Below, one piece after another: positions 54,409 to 63,234 of a DNA stretch of 64,000 nt (position 1 is the first letter of the stretch; each line of letters starts with the position of its first letter). Location of the stretch: NCBI GenBank assembly GCA_963770935.1, contig CAVYRJ010000009.1:140728-204727 (forward strand), written 5' to 3'. A program made the translations under genes and the position numbers. The DNA comes from Candidatus Bathyarchaeota archaeon (GTDB lineage Archaea; Thermoproteota; Bathyarchaeia; Bathyarchaeales; Bathycorpusculaceae). Below the pieces are notes generated by a model, which saw nothing but the letters and a program-made list of their open reading frames with translations, had not been told where the DNA came from and searched no databases.

Positions 54409-55393
54409 TTATTTCCAGTAGTTCTTTCCATCAACCTCTGAGAAAACAATCTCCAGTTCTGTAAGCTGCTCGGGATAAGGTTCGAGTACAGTTTGACTCG
54501 ATAAGTATTCTTGTTTGAACCTAACTATCCAAGCCTTCAAAACATTCAAGCACGCGCTCAAGGGCAACCTTCCTGCTCTGTAATTATCGACAGAATTAAG
54601 GAAGAAGGATTTCTCATCCTTTGAAAGTTGATGCGAGAAATAACCCATTATTTTTAACATGACATTTATGTTCGCGCCGGCACTTGGAGTACGCGCCAAA
54701 GCATAATGCAAGTGAGTCTCATAACTCATCATTGTTTCATCAAAAGGTTTGTGTTCTTGGTTTGCCACCAACTTTCCCAGGATTCTTAGCTCCGTCTGAT
54801 TGTAAGCCGTAAACAAGTACTTGTTATCAGATTGAAATTTGACCAGATCTCTGACTTTCCCAGATTTTTTTACTTCTCTAAAACTAGCTAAAGTAAATAA
54901 TTTCGTGAGAAAGTGTTCCCTTATCCGCGGATTAAGCAGACGACGCTCATCTTCAATTGCCGAATTAGGAAATTTCTGAAGAACTGCGCCTCCAAAGAAG
55001 CCAGGGGCTTTCTCTATCGATGAGACTCTTTCGATGCTTGGATACACTTTTACATTTTTGAAACCACTACTTGGAGAAGCACTCTTGAGTATGAAACCGT
55101 CAACTGCCTCCTAAAGAATTCAAGAAAGATTCCGAGAACTTTGTCATTTTGTCTGTGAAGTCGAAACCCGTGGCTGGTTGCAGGAGTTTTTTTTCTCCGT
55201 TCACTAATACAATTCTGACAGGATCGCGGGGTACACCAAGTCCTATTTCAACTTCTGGACAAACAGGAACAAAATTTACGTAGGGCTTAAGCTTTTTCAC
55301 GAATTCGCTAGCAATTATTTGCCCGTTCCACCTAACGGGTTCGAAAGTGATGCATTTGGAAACTACAACAACAGGTTTCGAGAATTCCCTCAT
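54409..55393 (-). CDS. DUF523 (TudS)-DUF1722 (YbgA) fusion, RudS-like (+1 frameshift near 55110)
   Basis: VSKC...VRWNG, VCPEVEIGLGVPR, GFILKSASPSSG, EDERRL..PRIREHF, NINV...GYF, YLSSQTVLEPYP. Confidence 0.85.
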
Positions 55394-55605
55394 TTAGCGC
55401 CCTCGTTATACTGAGTGGATAATTAAAAAAGGAGAGGTTGTCTGTTTCATAAGTCTTTTTATCGTTGGTATGAATAGGTTTAGTAGTCTTCAGTCCAGAT
55501 TTCAAAGTAGCTTCTTGGATGGCTACAGACTGGGCAAACAGCTTGGGAGATTGGAAAATCTAATATTTGCTTACCCTAATCATTTGAGTAAGGGGAGGAG
55601 TTGTT

Positions 55606-55959
55606 GTGCCTCATGTTGTTTTAAATGGGAAAGTTTCAGTCGAGAACATTTTCGAAGAATTAAAACCGTTGTTGATCAGAAACGAAAATAGCATTCTAAA
55701 AACAACGGATGTTTATCTTGAGCGGGAAAAAAATGTGATACTTATCGATTCATTAGCTATAGCTGCTGATAAGAAGATAGTTTTTCTTGCAATGATATCT
55801 GGAAAAGATGACGGAGTTGTGGTTAGGCTTTATCCCAAGATTGATGTTGAGAAAACAGAGGGAGTTAAGAAGGTACTAGTTGAATTAGCAAAGCAGCTGA
55901 TTGTGACGTTTCCTGAGCTTAGGATAGGGGAAACAAATCTTGGAAATTATCTGAAATAA
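55606..55959 (+). CDS. Conserved-looking hypothetical protein
   Basis: GGAGG SD, GTG start, 117-aa globular ORF. Confidence 0.7.
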   Translation: MPHVVLNGKVSVENIFEELKPLLIRNENSILKTTDVYLEREKNVILIDSLAIAADKKIVFLAMISGKDDGVVVRLYPKIDVEKTEGVKKVLVELAKQLIVTFPELRIGETNLGNYLK

Positions 55960-56149
55960 TTTGGTGCTCCACCTTAGCGCAGAGTATGATCGTAAAGCTT
56001 TTAACCGTTTAAATTGAAAGATCAAACACAATTTTCAACTCCCTTGTACTTGCCTCCAGAGCAGAAAAACGCGGCGTACCAGGGCACATTAACTATAGTT
56101 GGAGAATAGATGCCAAATGGGAACCTTCGAGCCAAGAAAAATTGAGGAT

Positions 56150-56210
56150 ATCGCCGGGATAACCCCCTTATATGATTTAACATAATGGTGAAGGGGTGAG
56201 ATTTGAACCC
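56150..56210. repeat. Left copy of a ~60-bp degenerate direct repeat ending in a tRNA 3'-end sequence
   Basis: atcgccgggataacccccttatatgatttaacataatggtgaaggggtgagatttgaaccc. Minus strand 56186-56210 reads GGGTTCAAATCTCACCCCTTCACCA. Matches 63931-63990. Confidence 0.7.
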
Positions 56211-56354
56211 TATAGCCCGTGAAGACGTCACTCACAAAATCCTCTTTTTTCTCTTGATTTGAATAAGGAAAAGCTCTTCATTTAAAGGAAGGAACTTGAT
56301 AAACTAATAAGACTGCTTTGCCTTAGAAATAGAGCAGCTACAAGGAGTATTTTT

Positions 56355-56651
56355 ATGCCTATAACAATCGGTGTGCTATTTAGACGAATTGTCAAAGATT
56401 TGCAGTCTCAAGACAACAATTTCGATAACTATCTGAATAATCCAAACAGCGATATCAACAATCAAAATTACGACATCAACAACCCAAATAGCGCAATTAA
56501 CAATCAATATAGTTGCATTAATGATGCGTCAAACAATGAAAAAAACAAGGAACTGAGAAGGAAAGTTCTAAGAGAACTCCTCCAGATGTATCTGTCTGAA
56601 TATCTGTCTGAAGAACGAGCAAAGAAACTTGTTGAAGAGCATATCCCATGA
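56355..56651 (+). CDS. Hypothetical protein with Asn-rich 7-aa repeats
   Basis: AGGAG SD; (L/I)NN(P/Q)xxx heptads. Confidence 0.55.
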   Translation: MPITIGVLFRRIVKDLQSQDNNFDNYLNNPNSDINNQNYDINNPNSAINNQYSCINDASNNEKNKELRRKVLRELLQMYLSEYLSEERAKKLVEEHIP

Positions 56652-56777
56652 AAGCCGTTCAATAACATAGATAATGAACATTTGCTAAACAGGGCGCTTC
56701 AGGAGATTTTCGAACTTTACTGAATTGGCCGGTATAACCTAACATATATTTTTATGCGCGTGCCAGATTAAATTATG

Positions 56778-57476
56778 TTAATTGAAGCTTTCGAATACAA
56801 TTCTCTTAAGAATAGATGCGCCATGCTTCATTTTCAATTTTTTCTCGCCCAATCGCTCTCGATACTCAATTGGGACTTCAATTGTCTCAAATCCTTGCTT
56901 GCCTACCTGATGATTCAATTCAACTTCTATGTCAAAACCTTTTGACTTAATAACCCATTTCCGGAGAATATCTGCACGGATAACCCGCAATCCGGTTAAT
57001 GGATCCTGCAAATCTATTCCATTTAGAAAACTATGAGCAAAAGCCAACAATTTATTTCCAAAGGTGAACCGACCTTTGAATGCATTTCCTTCTGTTTGTT
57101 TACTAAACCTGTTCCCGCAAACCATGCCTACCTGTGGGTTATTTTCGAGAATCTGAATCATTTCTGGCACATGTTCAGCTGGATAAGTAAAGTCCGCATC
57201 GGTGATAACCACATACTCAACATCCTCACCAATGCATTTCACAGCTTTAGCTAAAGCATCGCCTTTACCTTTGCCATCTTGAAAAATGATTTCTGCACCA
57301 TGGTCTTTGGCAACTTCAACCGTCCGATCATGGCTGTGTCCATCAATTACTAGAATACGTTTCGCATTGATGTTCTCTGAAAGCTCAGATATGGTCGCGC
57401 CTACTCCTTCTTCTTCGTTGAGTGCAGCAATAAATATGTTAATGGGTTGCGTGGGTTCATATCTTTGACCAAACAT
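56778..57476 (-). CDS. Glycosyltransferase family 2 (DPM1-like)
   Basis: AALNEE, IDGHSHDRT, GKGDAL, TDADFTYP, DPLTGLR, GFDIEVE. Confidence 0.9.
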   Translation of the reverse strand: MFGQRYEPTQPINIFIAALNEEEGVGATISELSENINAKRILVIDGHSHDRTVEVAKDHGAEIIFQDGKGKGDALAKAVKCIGEDVEYVVITDADFTYPAEHVPEMIQILENNPQVGMVCGNRFSKQTEGNAFKGRFTFGNKLLAFAHSFLNGIDLQDPLTGLRVIRADILRKWVIKSKGFDIEVELNHQVGKQGFETIEVPIEYRERLGEKKLKMKHGASILKRIVFESFN

Positions 57477-57521
57477 TTTTAATTCTCCAAATATATTTGG
57501 GGTAAAAAAAGAAAGCGGGGT

Positions 57522-57680
57522 TTATTTCCATAGTTTTTTGCCAGTGAATAGCCAAACTAGCAATAAGATTACTGCAATCACGAGCAGTATGTGTATTAGT
57601 GAGCCTACGCCAGGCAGAGCAAAGAATCCAACAGCCCAAAGTATTACAACAATTATAGCAATCGTTAACCACGTATTCAT
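57522..57680 (-). CDS. lmo0937/DUF5670-like 52-aa membrane microprotein, paralog 1
   Basis: MNTWLTIAIIVVILWAVGFFALPGVGSLIHILLVIAVILLLVWLFTGKKLWK. Absent from the ORF track. Confidence 0.85.
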   Translation of the reverse strand: MNTWLTIAIIVVILWAVGFFALPGVGSLIHILLVIAVILLLVWLFTGKKLWK

Positions 57681-57717
57681 AACAAACTCTCTAATATGTA
57701 AATTGACGTTAATGGAG

Positions 57718-57750
57718 TTAAACGTATGTGACTGTTAGTCCACACCCACA
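57718..57750 (-). promoter_or_regulatory. Dyad plus TATA-like promoter element, copy 1
   Basis: + strand ttaa acgta TGT gac TGT tagtcc ACA ccc ACA; 38 nt from ATG 57680. Confidence 0.85.
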
Positions 57751-57979
57751 TGATGACGGTTGAGCATTTTCTAATCGTTCTAAGTGCTGGACAAGAAACT
57801 GAGACGCGAAACTATTGGAGAACTTAGGTTCTCAGATTATTTTTCAGTTTTTTCCAATCGGATTAAAAGTCTATTCTTAGGTCAAAATTTAATGGTCTCT
57901 CATATCGATTGCTGTTGCTGTTGGTGTACACTTACAAATCTATTTGTCTCCAGAATTAGCCACTTAAATTGGGATAGAA

Positions 57980-58153
57980 ATGCCAGAACCAGTTTTTGAA
58001 TGGTATGTAGATAAAGTTTGAAAATACAGGTTTAGGTTGAAAACTGCTAATGGAGAAATGATTGCTGTTAATGAAGGCTATGCGTCAAAACAAGGATGCG
58101 TTGACGGAATCGAGTCAGTGAAGAAAAACGCTCCGATAGCAAAAGAAGATTAG
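57980..58153 (+). pseudogene. YegP/DUF1508-family small protein with in-frame TGA at 58019-58021
   Basis: MPEPVFEWYVDKV*KYRFRLKTANGEMIAVNEGYASKQGCVDGIESVKKNAP. Confidence 0.75.
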
Positions 58154-58229
58154 CGAATGAACTTCTCCTTTTTTTGTCGTAGCTCGTACCTTACTTTTAT
58201 CTATAAGACAAAAAAATGATAGTGAATTT

Positions 58230-58598
58230 CTATTTGGCAATTAATCCGCCTATTAAACCGCCTATCGTTGATGCTATTGCTCCAAAGATAGCTAGAATAA
58301 TCGCTACGACTCCAACTGCTAGCCCAGCTAAACCGCCGAAAAGACCACCCAGCAACCCGCCTGCGACACCTCCAACAACTGCGAGGCCAACAGCTGCAAG
58401 TATTGTAATAATGATACCGCCAAATATCCCAGCGAGGAAACCTGCTAATGCTCCATTCAACATGCCTCCGCGAGCAATGATGCCTGCTACAAATCCACCT
58501 ATGAACCCGCCTATCAAATGTCCAACGCCAGGAAACAGCCAACCAAGAAGCAACGTAATAACGAAACCAACCAGAGCTCCAAGCCACAAACTACCCAT
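58230..58598 (-). CDS. Gly-rich membrane protein (DUF5518-like)
   Basis: GGAGGTG SD; GxxxG-rich TM helices such as LIGGFIGGFVAGII and STIGGLIGG. Confidence 0.75.
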   Translation of the reverse strand: MGSLWLGALVGFVITLLLGWLFPGVGHLIGGFIGGFVAGIIARGGMLNGALAGFLAGIFGGIIITILAAVGLAVVGGVAGGLLGGLFGGLAGLAVGVVAIILAIFGAIASTIGGLIGGLIAK

Positions 58599-58652
58599 AA
58601 AATCACCTCCAATATACCAAGTACACAGTAATTTCTCAACTATTGATTTTCA

Positions 58653-58787
58653 CTATTTTTTCTTTAGACCTTTTTTTAGACCCTTACCGAAGTCATTTGT
58701 GGCTTTAGCGCCTTTCTTTATGTTTTTGCCTATTGCTTCTCCAGTTTTTTCAGCAGCATTTTCAATTTTTTCCTTTTTTGTAGACAT
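58653..58787 (-). CDS. 44-aa Lys-rich CsbD/LEA-like hydrophilic microprotein
   Basis: MSTKKEKIENAAEKTGEAIGKNIKKGAKATNDFGKGLKKGLKKK; amphipathic 11-mer periodicity. Confidence 0.7.
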   Translation of the reverse strand: MSTKKEKIENAAEKTGEAIGKNIKKGAKATNDFGKGLKKGLKKK

Positions 58788-58824
58788 TCCTTTCACTATC
58801 AGTTCTAAGTAGTCATTTGCAGAC

Positions 58825-58857
58825 TTAACTGTGTGTGACTGTGAACCCACACCAACA
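58825..58857 (-). promoter_or_regulatory. Dyad plus TATA-like promoter element, copy 2
   Basis: ttaa ctgtg TGT gac TGT gaaccc ACA cca ACA; 38 nt from ATG 58787. Confidence 0.85.
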
Positions 58858-58963
58858 CTTTGAAGGTTGTTCTGGTGTTAATTGCTTCAAATGTAGATAG
58901 AAATTGAGAACTTGAAATAGGGAAATGGTATTCAGGATATTCTTCAGCGCGCGCTTGTGCAGG

Positions 58964-59278
58964 TTAGCTTTTTTGCCTAATAACAGTGATTGTGCATCTT
59001 GTTGCTAAAGCTGCTATTGCGCCCAAAGCTGCCAACCAAGGAGCCAATATTGTTCCTACAATACCCGCCCACACCGGTATCTCTAAGAGGATCTTACCAT
59101 TCTCGTCCTTCACGATAATCCTTGATACGTCTCCCTCATGAATCAGTTCCTTGATTTTCGCTACAAGATCCTCTGAGCGGACTGTAAACTCTTCTTTTAT
59201 GCCTACTGGAGCCCCACATTTTGAACAGAATTTGGATCCTTCAGACAGGTCAGCTCCACAACTTTCACACTTAACCAT
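58964..59278 (-). CDS. Zinc-ribbon plus DUF4342 protein
   Basis: CESC...FCSKCG; LVAKIKELIHEGDVSRIIVKD...LLEIP...APWLAALGAIAAL. Confidence 0.85.
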   Translation of the reverse strand: MVKCESCGADLSEGSKFCSKCGAPVGIKEEFTVRSEDLVAKIKELIHEGDVSRIIVKDENGKILLEIPVWAGIVGTILAPWLAALGAIAALATRCTITVIRQKS

Positions 59279-59299
59279 TTTATTCTCCTCCCAAAGTAT

Positions 59300-59518
59300 C
59301 TATTTAGTTGATTTTTTTCTCTCTACAACAAAAGCGATTTTGACGACAGTTCTGTATTCAACAATTTTGTTGCTTTCTACTTTTGCAGTGCACCGCTTCA
59401 CGTAAACTGACTTAATGTTCTTTATTGTCTTAGCCGCTTCAGCCAACGCATTCTTCGCAGCATCTTCCCAATCCTTTGGTGAACTGCCTATTAACTCAAC
59501 AATTTTTACAACAGTCAT
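59300..59518 (-). CDS. Dodecin (flavin-binding)
   Basis: VVKIVELIGSSPKDWEDAAKNALAEAAKTIKNI...IVEYR..VKIAF. Confidence 0.9.
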   Translation of the reverse strand: MTVVKIVELIGSSPKDWEDAAKNALAEAAKTIKNIKSVYVKRCTAKVESNKIVEYRTVVKIAFVVERKKSTK

Positions 59519-59546
59519 ATCTTTCATATCTCCTTAAAGTATCGTT

Positions 59547-59709
59547 TTATTTCCACAGCTTTTTGCCAGTTAGACAGCCAAACTACAATTAAAATTACTG
59601 CAATTACGAGCAGTATGTGTATTAATGAGCCTACGCCTGGCAAAGCAAAGAAACCAACCAACCAAAGTACCACAAGAACAAGAACAATAGCCAATATAGT
59701 GTTCAACAA
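59547..59709 (-). CDS. lmo0937/DUF5670-like membrane microprotein, paralog 2 (+1 insertion near 59572)
   Basis: Shares GFFALPGVGSLIHILLVIAVIL with 57522-57680. Removing one base restores the TGKKLWK* ending. Confidence 0.82.
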
Positions 59710-59768
59710 TTACCCCTTCTTTTCAAGCTAATCAAACAATCTACTTTAATTATGGGTTAGCGGCGAAC

Positions 59769-59801
59769 TTAAGCGTGTGTAGCTGTTAGGTTACAGCAAC
59801 A
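59769..59801 (-). promoter_or_regulatory. Dyad plus TATA-like promoter element, copy 3
   Basis: ttaa gcgtg TGT agc TGT taggtt ACA gca ACA. Confidence 0.85.
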
Positions 59802-59840
59802 AGAAGGCGGTAATATGATTTGACTGCTCGCACTCTTAAG

Positions 59841-60345
59841 TTAGAAGTGTTTCATGATAAAATCCCTAATGGCTCTATGACTAGTCATGAGTTCAACTAT
59901 CTTTTTTGTAGCTTGCGTTATTTGTGTATCAAATAATCTTGTTACAGCCAGAGAAAATACAAACACGAAACGTGCCGATTATTATGCTTCCAATGACATT
60001 TATTGAACCAAGATACCATACGATAAGATATGTAACTGCAGCACTTATGAGCCCCATGAGAAAAGATCTTATTATAAAATAAAGTCGCTGCAACCAAGTA
60101 GAAAACAACAGAACCTTGATCACTGCTCTTTTCTCTAACTCATTTTCAGCTCCAGATTTAACGATTCCTATCTTTTGCAGTACTCCTTTTGCGTAATGGG
60201 CGTCTGACAAACGTAACATCATTTTAGCATAACGAGCGTCGGATAAATCGGTGGAACTTGCGGTTTCAAGCTCTAACAAAATCCTTTGCGCTATTTCATC
60301 TATTTCAGCATCTACTCTCTCTATTTTGGCATCTTTAGTTGCCAT
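59841..60345 (-). CDS. Hypothetical membrane protein (+1 frameshift near 59968)
   Basis: MATKDAKIERVDAEID... with two TM helices; the +1 frame continues VFVFSLAVTRLFD...FIMKHF to TAA 59841. Confidence 0.6.
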
Positions 60346-60361
60346 AGTACCCTCAACGATT

Positions 60362-60721
60362 TTATTCTCTGGTTTCGAGGCAGTTGGGAGCTGGGAAGAG
60401 CTTAATTGTTTCTTTACAATTAAGTAAAGCACTAAAAGAATCAGTGCACCAATAATGCCTGAAGATATGCCTGTGATGTACCAAGCTTTCCACGCGGGCA
60501 TGAAAGTCATAAGGTACTTTAATGAACCGATTAGGGTGAAGATGGCGGCAGATCCTAAAAATGAAATGGTCAGAGCTAATAAAATGCTGATAATTATGCT
60601 TGTTATCAGAAGTTTTTTGAGTACGTTTTTTTAGAGCAACCTCTGTTTCATGCACGTATTCTCTTAGAATGGCTTTTATCTCATTGAAAAATGCTTTGAT
60701 TATTTCTCTTAAGGAAGTCAA
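60362..60721 (-). CDS. YqjE/Phage_holin_3_6-like two-TM protein (+1 frameshift near 60622)
   Basis: Helical N-terminus ...ETEVALKKR, then in the shifted frame LKKLLITSIIISILLAL...MPAWKAWYITG...LIVKKQL. The 3' end, or a fusion to the next gene, is uncertain. Confidence 0.55.
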   Translation of the reverse strand: MTSLREIIKAFFNEIKAILREYVHETEVALKKRTQKTSDNKHNYQHFISSDHFIFRICRHLHPNRFIKVPYDFHARVESLVHHRHIFRHYWCTDSFSALLNCKETIKLFPAPNCLETRE

Positions 60722-60771
60722 CTAATCCTTACACCTACAACTCTCAGATGACAAGTTGTTTGTCAGTATAC

Positions 60772-60804
60772 TTAACGATGTGTGACTGTTTACTTACATC
60801 AACA
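60772..60804 (-). promoter_or_regulatory. Dyad plus TATA-like promoter element, copy 4
   Basis: ttaa cgatg TGT gac TGT ttactt ACA tca ACA. Confidence 0.85.
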
Positions 60805-60911
60805 AAACGCTTTATGAATATCATAAGCCTCAGATTAAAAAGAAAAAAGGATTTACGGAGCAAGGCACCCAGCGAAAAAGGCTGTTTAGTTCAATAAAAA
60901 GAATGTGCGAC

Positions 60912-61112
60912 TTACTTCTTCTTTTCTCTAATAGCGACCTTGGCTTTCAAGTCAATGATGTATTCCTTTTCGTTTTTTCCAACACCAAAGTTCCATTCTA
61001 ACACTTCAAAATCAATATCTTTGAAGTGGTTAACCCAAGATTTCTGGAATTCACTCCATTTCTCGCCCATTTTCTCTATCTGCTCTTTGACGTCTATATG
61101 TTGTTCTGACAT
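60912..61112 (-). CDS. Small hypothetical protein (66 aa)
   Basis: GGAGGTG SD; co-oriented downstream of the PRC-barrel gene. Confidence 0.7.
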   Translation of the reverse strand: MSEQHIDVKEQIEKMGEKWSEFQKSWVNHFKDIDFEVLEWNFGVGKNEKEYIIDLKAKVAIREKKK

Positions 61113-61155
61113 AATTTGTTACACCTCCCGAAACGCGCAAGAAAATAACGCAGGA

Positions 61156-61446
61156 TTATGTTTTAACTACTGGTCTTAGGTACATGTGAAGCTGATCTTT
61201 TGAAACTTTCAAGTGCAATCCATTGTCTGTCCAACGTGCAACCCCTTTCTCTAGGGATGAAACGGCCAGCATGTTTCGTACTCCACCTTTCTTTGCGCCA
61301 AGCACTGATTCAGCAATCTCCTTTCTCAATTCGATTTCAAGATGAGTTATTTTCCACTCTTCCGGATCTACTTCAATACCTTTTACTGTGCCGATTTTCT
61401 CGTCTAACGCAAAAACACTTCGATTTATAAACTCTCTAGTTCTCAT
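61156..61446 (-). CDS. PRC-barrel domain protein
   Basis: EFINRSVFALDEKIGTVKGIEVDPEEWKITHLEI; AGGAGG SD. Confidence 0.8.
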   Translation of the reverse strand: MRTREFINRSVFALDEKIGTVKGIEVDPEEWKITHLEIELRKEIAESVLGAKKGGVRNMLAVSSLEKGVARWTDNGLHLKVSKDQLHMYLRPVVKT

Positions 61447-61509
61447 ACTTATCTAACCTCCTTTCTATTCTCAGAATTTGAGCTACCTTAATAATGGTCA
61501 TTGGCTGAG

Positions 61510-61542
61510 TTAAACGTGTGTGACTGTGAACCTACACCGACA
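61510..61542 (-). promoter_or_regulatory. Dyad plus TATA-like promoter element, copy 5
   Basis: ttaa acgtg TGT gac TGT gaacct ACA ccg ACA. Confidence 0.85.
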
Positions 61543-61629
61543 TTCTAACGGTTGTGATTGCGCAGTCCTTTCCAATCTGTTGACAGAGACTGAGGCTCGA
61601 AAATAAAGGAGTAAACTGAGTTTCTCAGG

Positions 61630-62417
61630 TTAGTTTTCAGCTTTTTTCCAGTCGGATTCAAAACCTGTTCTTAATACGCCTATAAGGTTGCTGTTGTTTG
61701 TCCACAAAGAAGGGCTTTCGCCTAATCCGCTTTCTTTGGAGGTGGTAATCAATGCTTCTTTGTCATCAGACATTATGAAGTGATTCAATGGTTCACGATG
61801 AAATTTAATGTTAACCGACGCGCTTCCGATGAGTTTTTGCACTTTTTCTTTAAGCAAAATATCCGGGCTTTCTCCTTCAAAGATCAGTCGAATCTTAGCC
61901 CCTTTCTTTATTGCATGCTTATGTTCATCTGGAAAACTGAGCCAAAATCTGTGCGATTCTTGCCTTGTCTGCAATCAACGCGACTTCTTTTTTCGAGTTA
62001 CTAATCAGTTCTGAAGTCTTGGCCAAAATTGCTTTCTTTTCCGCTATCAGTATGTAGATGCTTTCTTCTCCAAGAGGCGGCTGCTTCCAATCTTTGAGGG
62101 ATAACTTCTGGACCCTACTCCTCATACCTGTCAACCGTTCCTCGGATCTATTTTTTTCTTCCGTCACTAGTGAAGTTAAGGAATCCGAAATACGAGTAGC
62201 CCGAATCTCAGTTGGTTTGCCCAAAAATCTTTCAATCAAGCCCATTTTTTCGAGTGACGGCAGAATTCTGTAGACGTCTTCCCTGCGCACTTTTGAAAAG
62301 TTCGCTACCTGTCCCACTGTAGTTTTTTCCAGTTTAAGTATCGCTAAGTAAACCTTTGCCTGGTTAAGACTCAAACCCAAACCAAGCAGTAAGATCTGTG
62401 TTTTCATCGTTTGCCAT
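61630..62417 (-). CDS. TrmB-family transcriptional regulator (+1 frameshifts near 62392 and 61934)
   Basis: LGLSLNQAKVYLAIL...VRREDVYRILPSLEKMGLIER..GKP winged helix; effector domain GAKIRLI...HFIMSDDKEALI...LWTNN...FESDWKKA. Confidence 0.85.
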
Positions 62418-62677
62418 TCTGAACTTCCATTAGTATTTCTTGTATCAATTTATATATAAAATTTTTTTACCACTTTCGCAGAATTAATAATTGTCATTGC
62501 TTTCTACAACTATACCCTCCTTGACGAAATCTATTTACCAAACAAAATGCGGAAGATAAGCGTCCATCTTTCGTCGGCAACGACTAAAAGCCACAACCAA
62601 GCATGAACATTTACCCGAATCTATATAATTTTTACACTGGAAAAAAAAATTGTAGACCCCAAGTTTTCCACAGGTCA

Positions 62678-63013
62678 TTACTTGTAATGGGTTAAAACTA
62701 CAATCAGCCCAATTATTGCGCCGAGTAAAACCAGCAATCCGCCGAGTCCACCGCCGATGAGTCCCACAATTATCAGCACTATAGCCCAGACAAGAGTAGT
62801 GACGCTTCTTGAACCGATGATCGCTATGACGCCGCAGATTAACATTACAATTCCACTGTACGCAAACGAGTAGACACTCCAATAGAAGAATGATGGTCCT
62901 CCGAATCCTATTGATAATAAACTTAGCAACCCAAAGATTACCAGCAGAATGCCACCAATAAGCGTTAAGATATAAGCTACTTGCCCTAGAGAAGTTCGAG
63001 CCATTAGATCCAT
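62678..63013 (-). CDS. Small Gly-rich membrane protein
   Basis: AGGAGGTG SD; 3-4 TM helices, LIGGGLGGLLVLLGAIIGL. Confidence 0.7.
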   Translation of the reverse strand: MDLMARTSLGQVAYILTLIGGILLVIFGLLSLLSIGFGGPSFFYWSVYSFAYSGIVMLICGVIAIIGSRSVTTLVWAIVLIIVGLIGGGLGGLLVLLGAIIGLIVVLTHYK

Positions 63014-63234
63014 TCACCTCCTACCTGGACCACTGGCTGAGTCCAGCCACATGAGTCAGTTGTTTTGTCTTTCTTCTTTTTTTGCAATACCACATTTTTG
63101 TCGTGTTCCAATATATAATAAACACATGAAATAATCTCAAATCTCCATCAATTTCTTATTACCGCAAATTTCGGTGTTTACTAACCTGCACTCAATGATT
63201 TCCAATAGTTTTCCTAAAGAAAAGAAATTTTTAT

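Noticed and set aside
63030-63060. Hairpin tggctg-agtc-cagcca upstream of gene 62678-63013
   Set aside because: A single 6-bp stem, too short to distinguish from chance.
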